Part shown: positions 63,978 to 64,000 of the stretch, piece by piece
Layout: every line of letters begins with the position of its first letter
Position numbering within the stretch: position 1 is the stretch's first letter
Source of the DNA: an uncultured Opitutales bacterium
GTDB taxonomy: Bacteria > Verrucomicrobiota > Verrucomicrobiia > Opitutales > CAZQIE01
Length of the DNA stretch: 64,000 nt
Direction of reading: 5' to 3'
NCBI GenBank assembly: GCA_964593675.1
Contig: CAZQIE010000006.1
Span: 2,449 to 66,448, forward strand
Notes under the pieces: generated by a model
Told to the model about the DNA's origin: nothing
The model's input: the letters and a program-made list of their open reading frames with translations, nothing else
The model's database searches: none
Made by a program: the position numbers and the translations under genes

Positions 63978-64000
63978 GGTGGCACCCTTGCGCTCAAACT

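Overview
GC-rich, gene-dense chromosomal segment with about 50 protein genes, two tRNAs and one SRP RNA. I found no rRNA, CRISPR array, transposase or integrase. The content points to a Verrucomicrobia (Opitutae-like) genome, which is an inference: a translationally coupled MoxR/DUF58/DUF4381/BatA/BatB/BatD/BatE operon, a PEP-CTERM protein, and an imuA-imuB-dnaE2 cassette preceded by a TGTTC-N4-TGTTC site. Most genes are housekeeping: glnA, surE, aroC, ptsI, ispE, pyrF, ispD, rpsO, pnp and lysS. There is also an ABC-transporter-dependent glycan export block (GT4, FkbM methyltransferase, Wzt, Wzm). A segment between two tRNAs holds two LacI regulators, a PEP-CTERM protein and a secreted multidomain esterase of about 1060 aa. 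Many ORF-track entries are antisense or shadow frames typical of high-GC DNA, and several true genes start well inside the listed ORFs. Five things are not explained by ordinary annotation. (1) A dispersed, roughly 125-nt repeat family with CTAG-containing terminal inverted repeats sits in 3' intergenic spacers, with three clear copies and at least two partial or composite ones. (2) A near-pure G tract of about 56 nt, including a G24 run, lies in frame inside imuA, directly downstream of the putative LexA box. (3) An atypical spacer of about 650 nt holds a strong sigma70-like promoter, a possibly leaderless 50-codon ORF and a C-depleted GTGAG-rich tract. (4) PNPase carries a tandem 9-nt repeat encoding an Asp-Arg-Gly tail. 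(5) A bacterial SET-domain gene overlaps ispD. I see no complete novel multi-gene system; the repeat family and the imuA G tract are the best leads.
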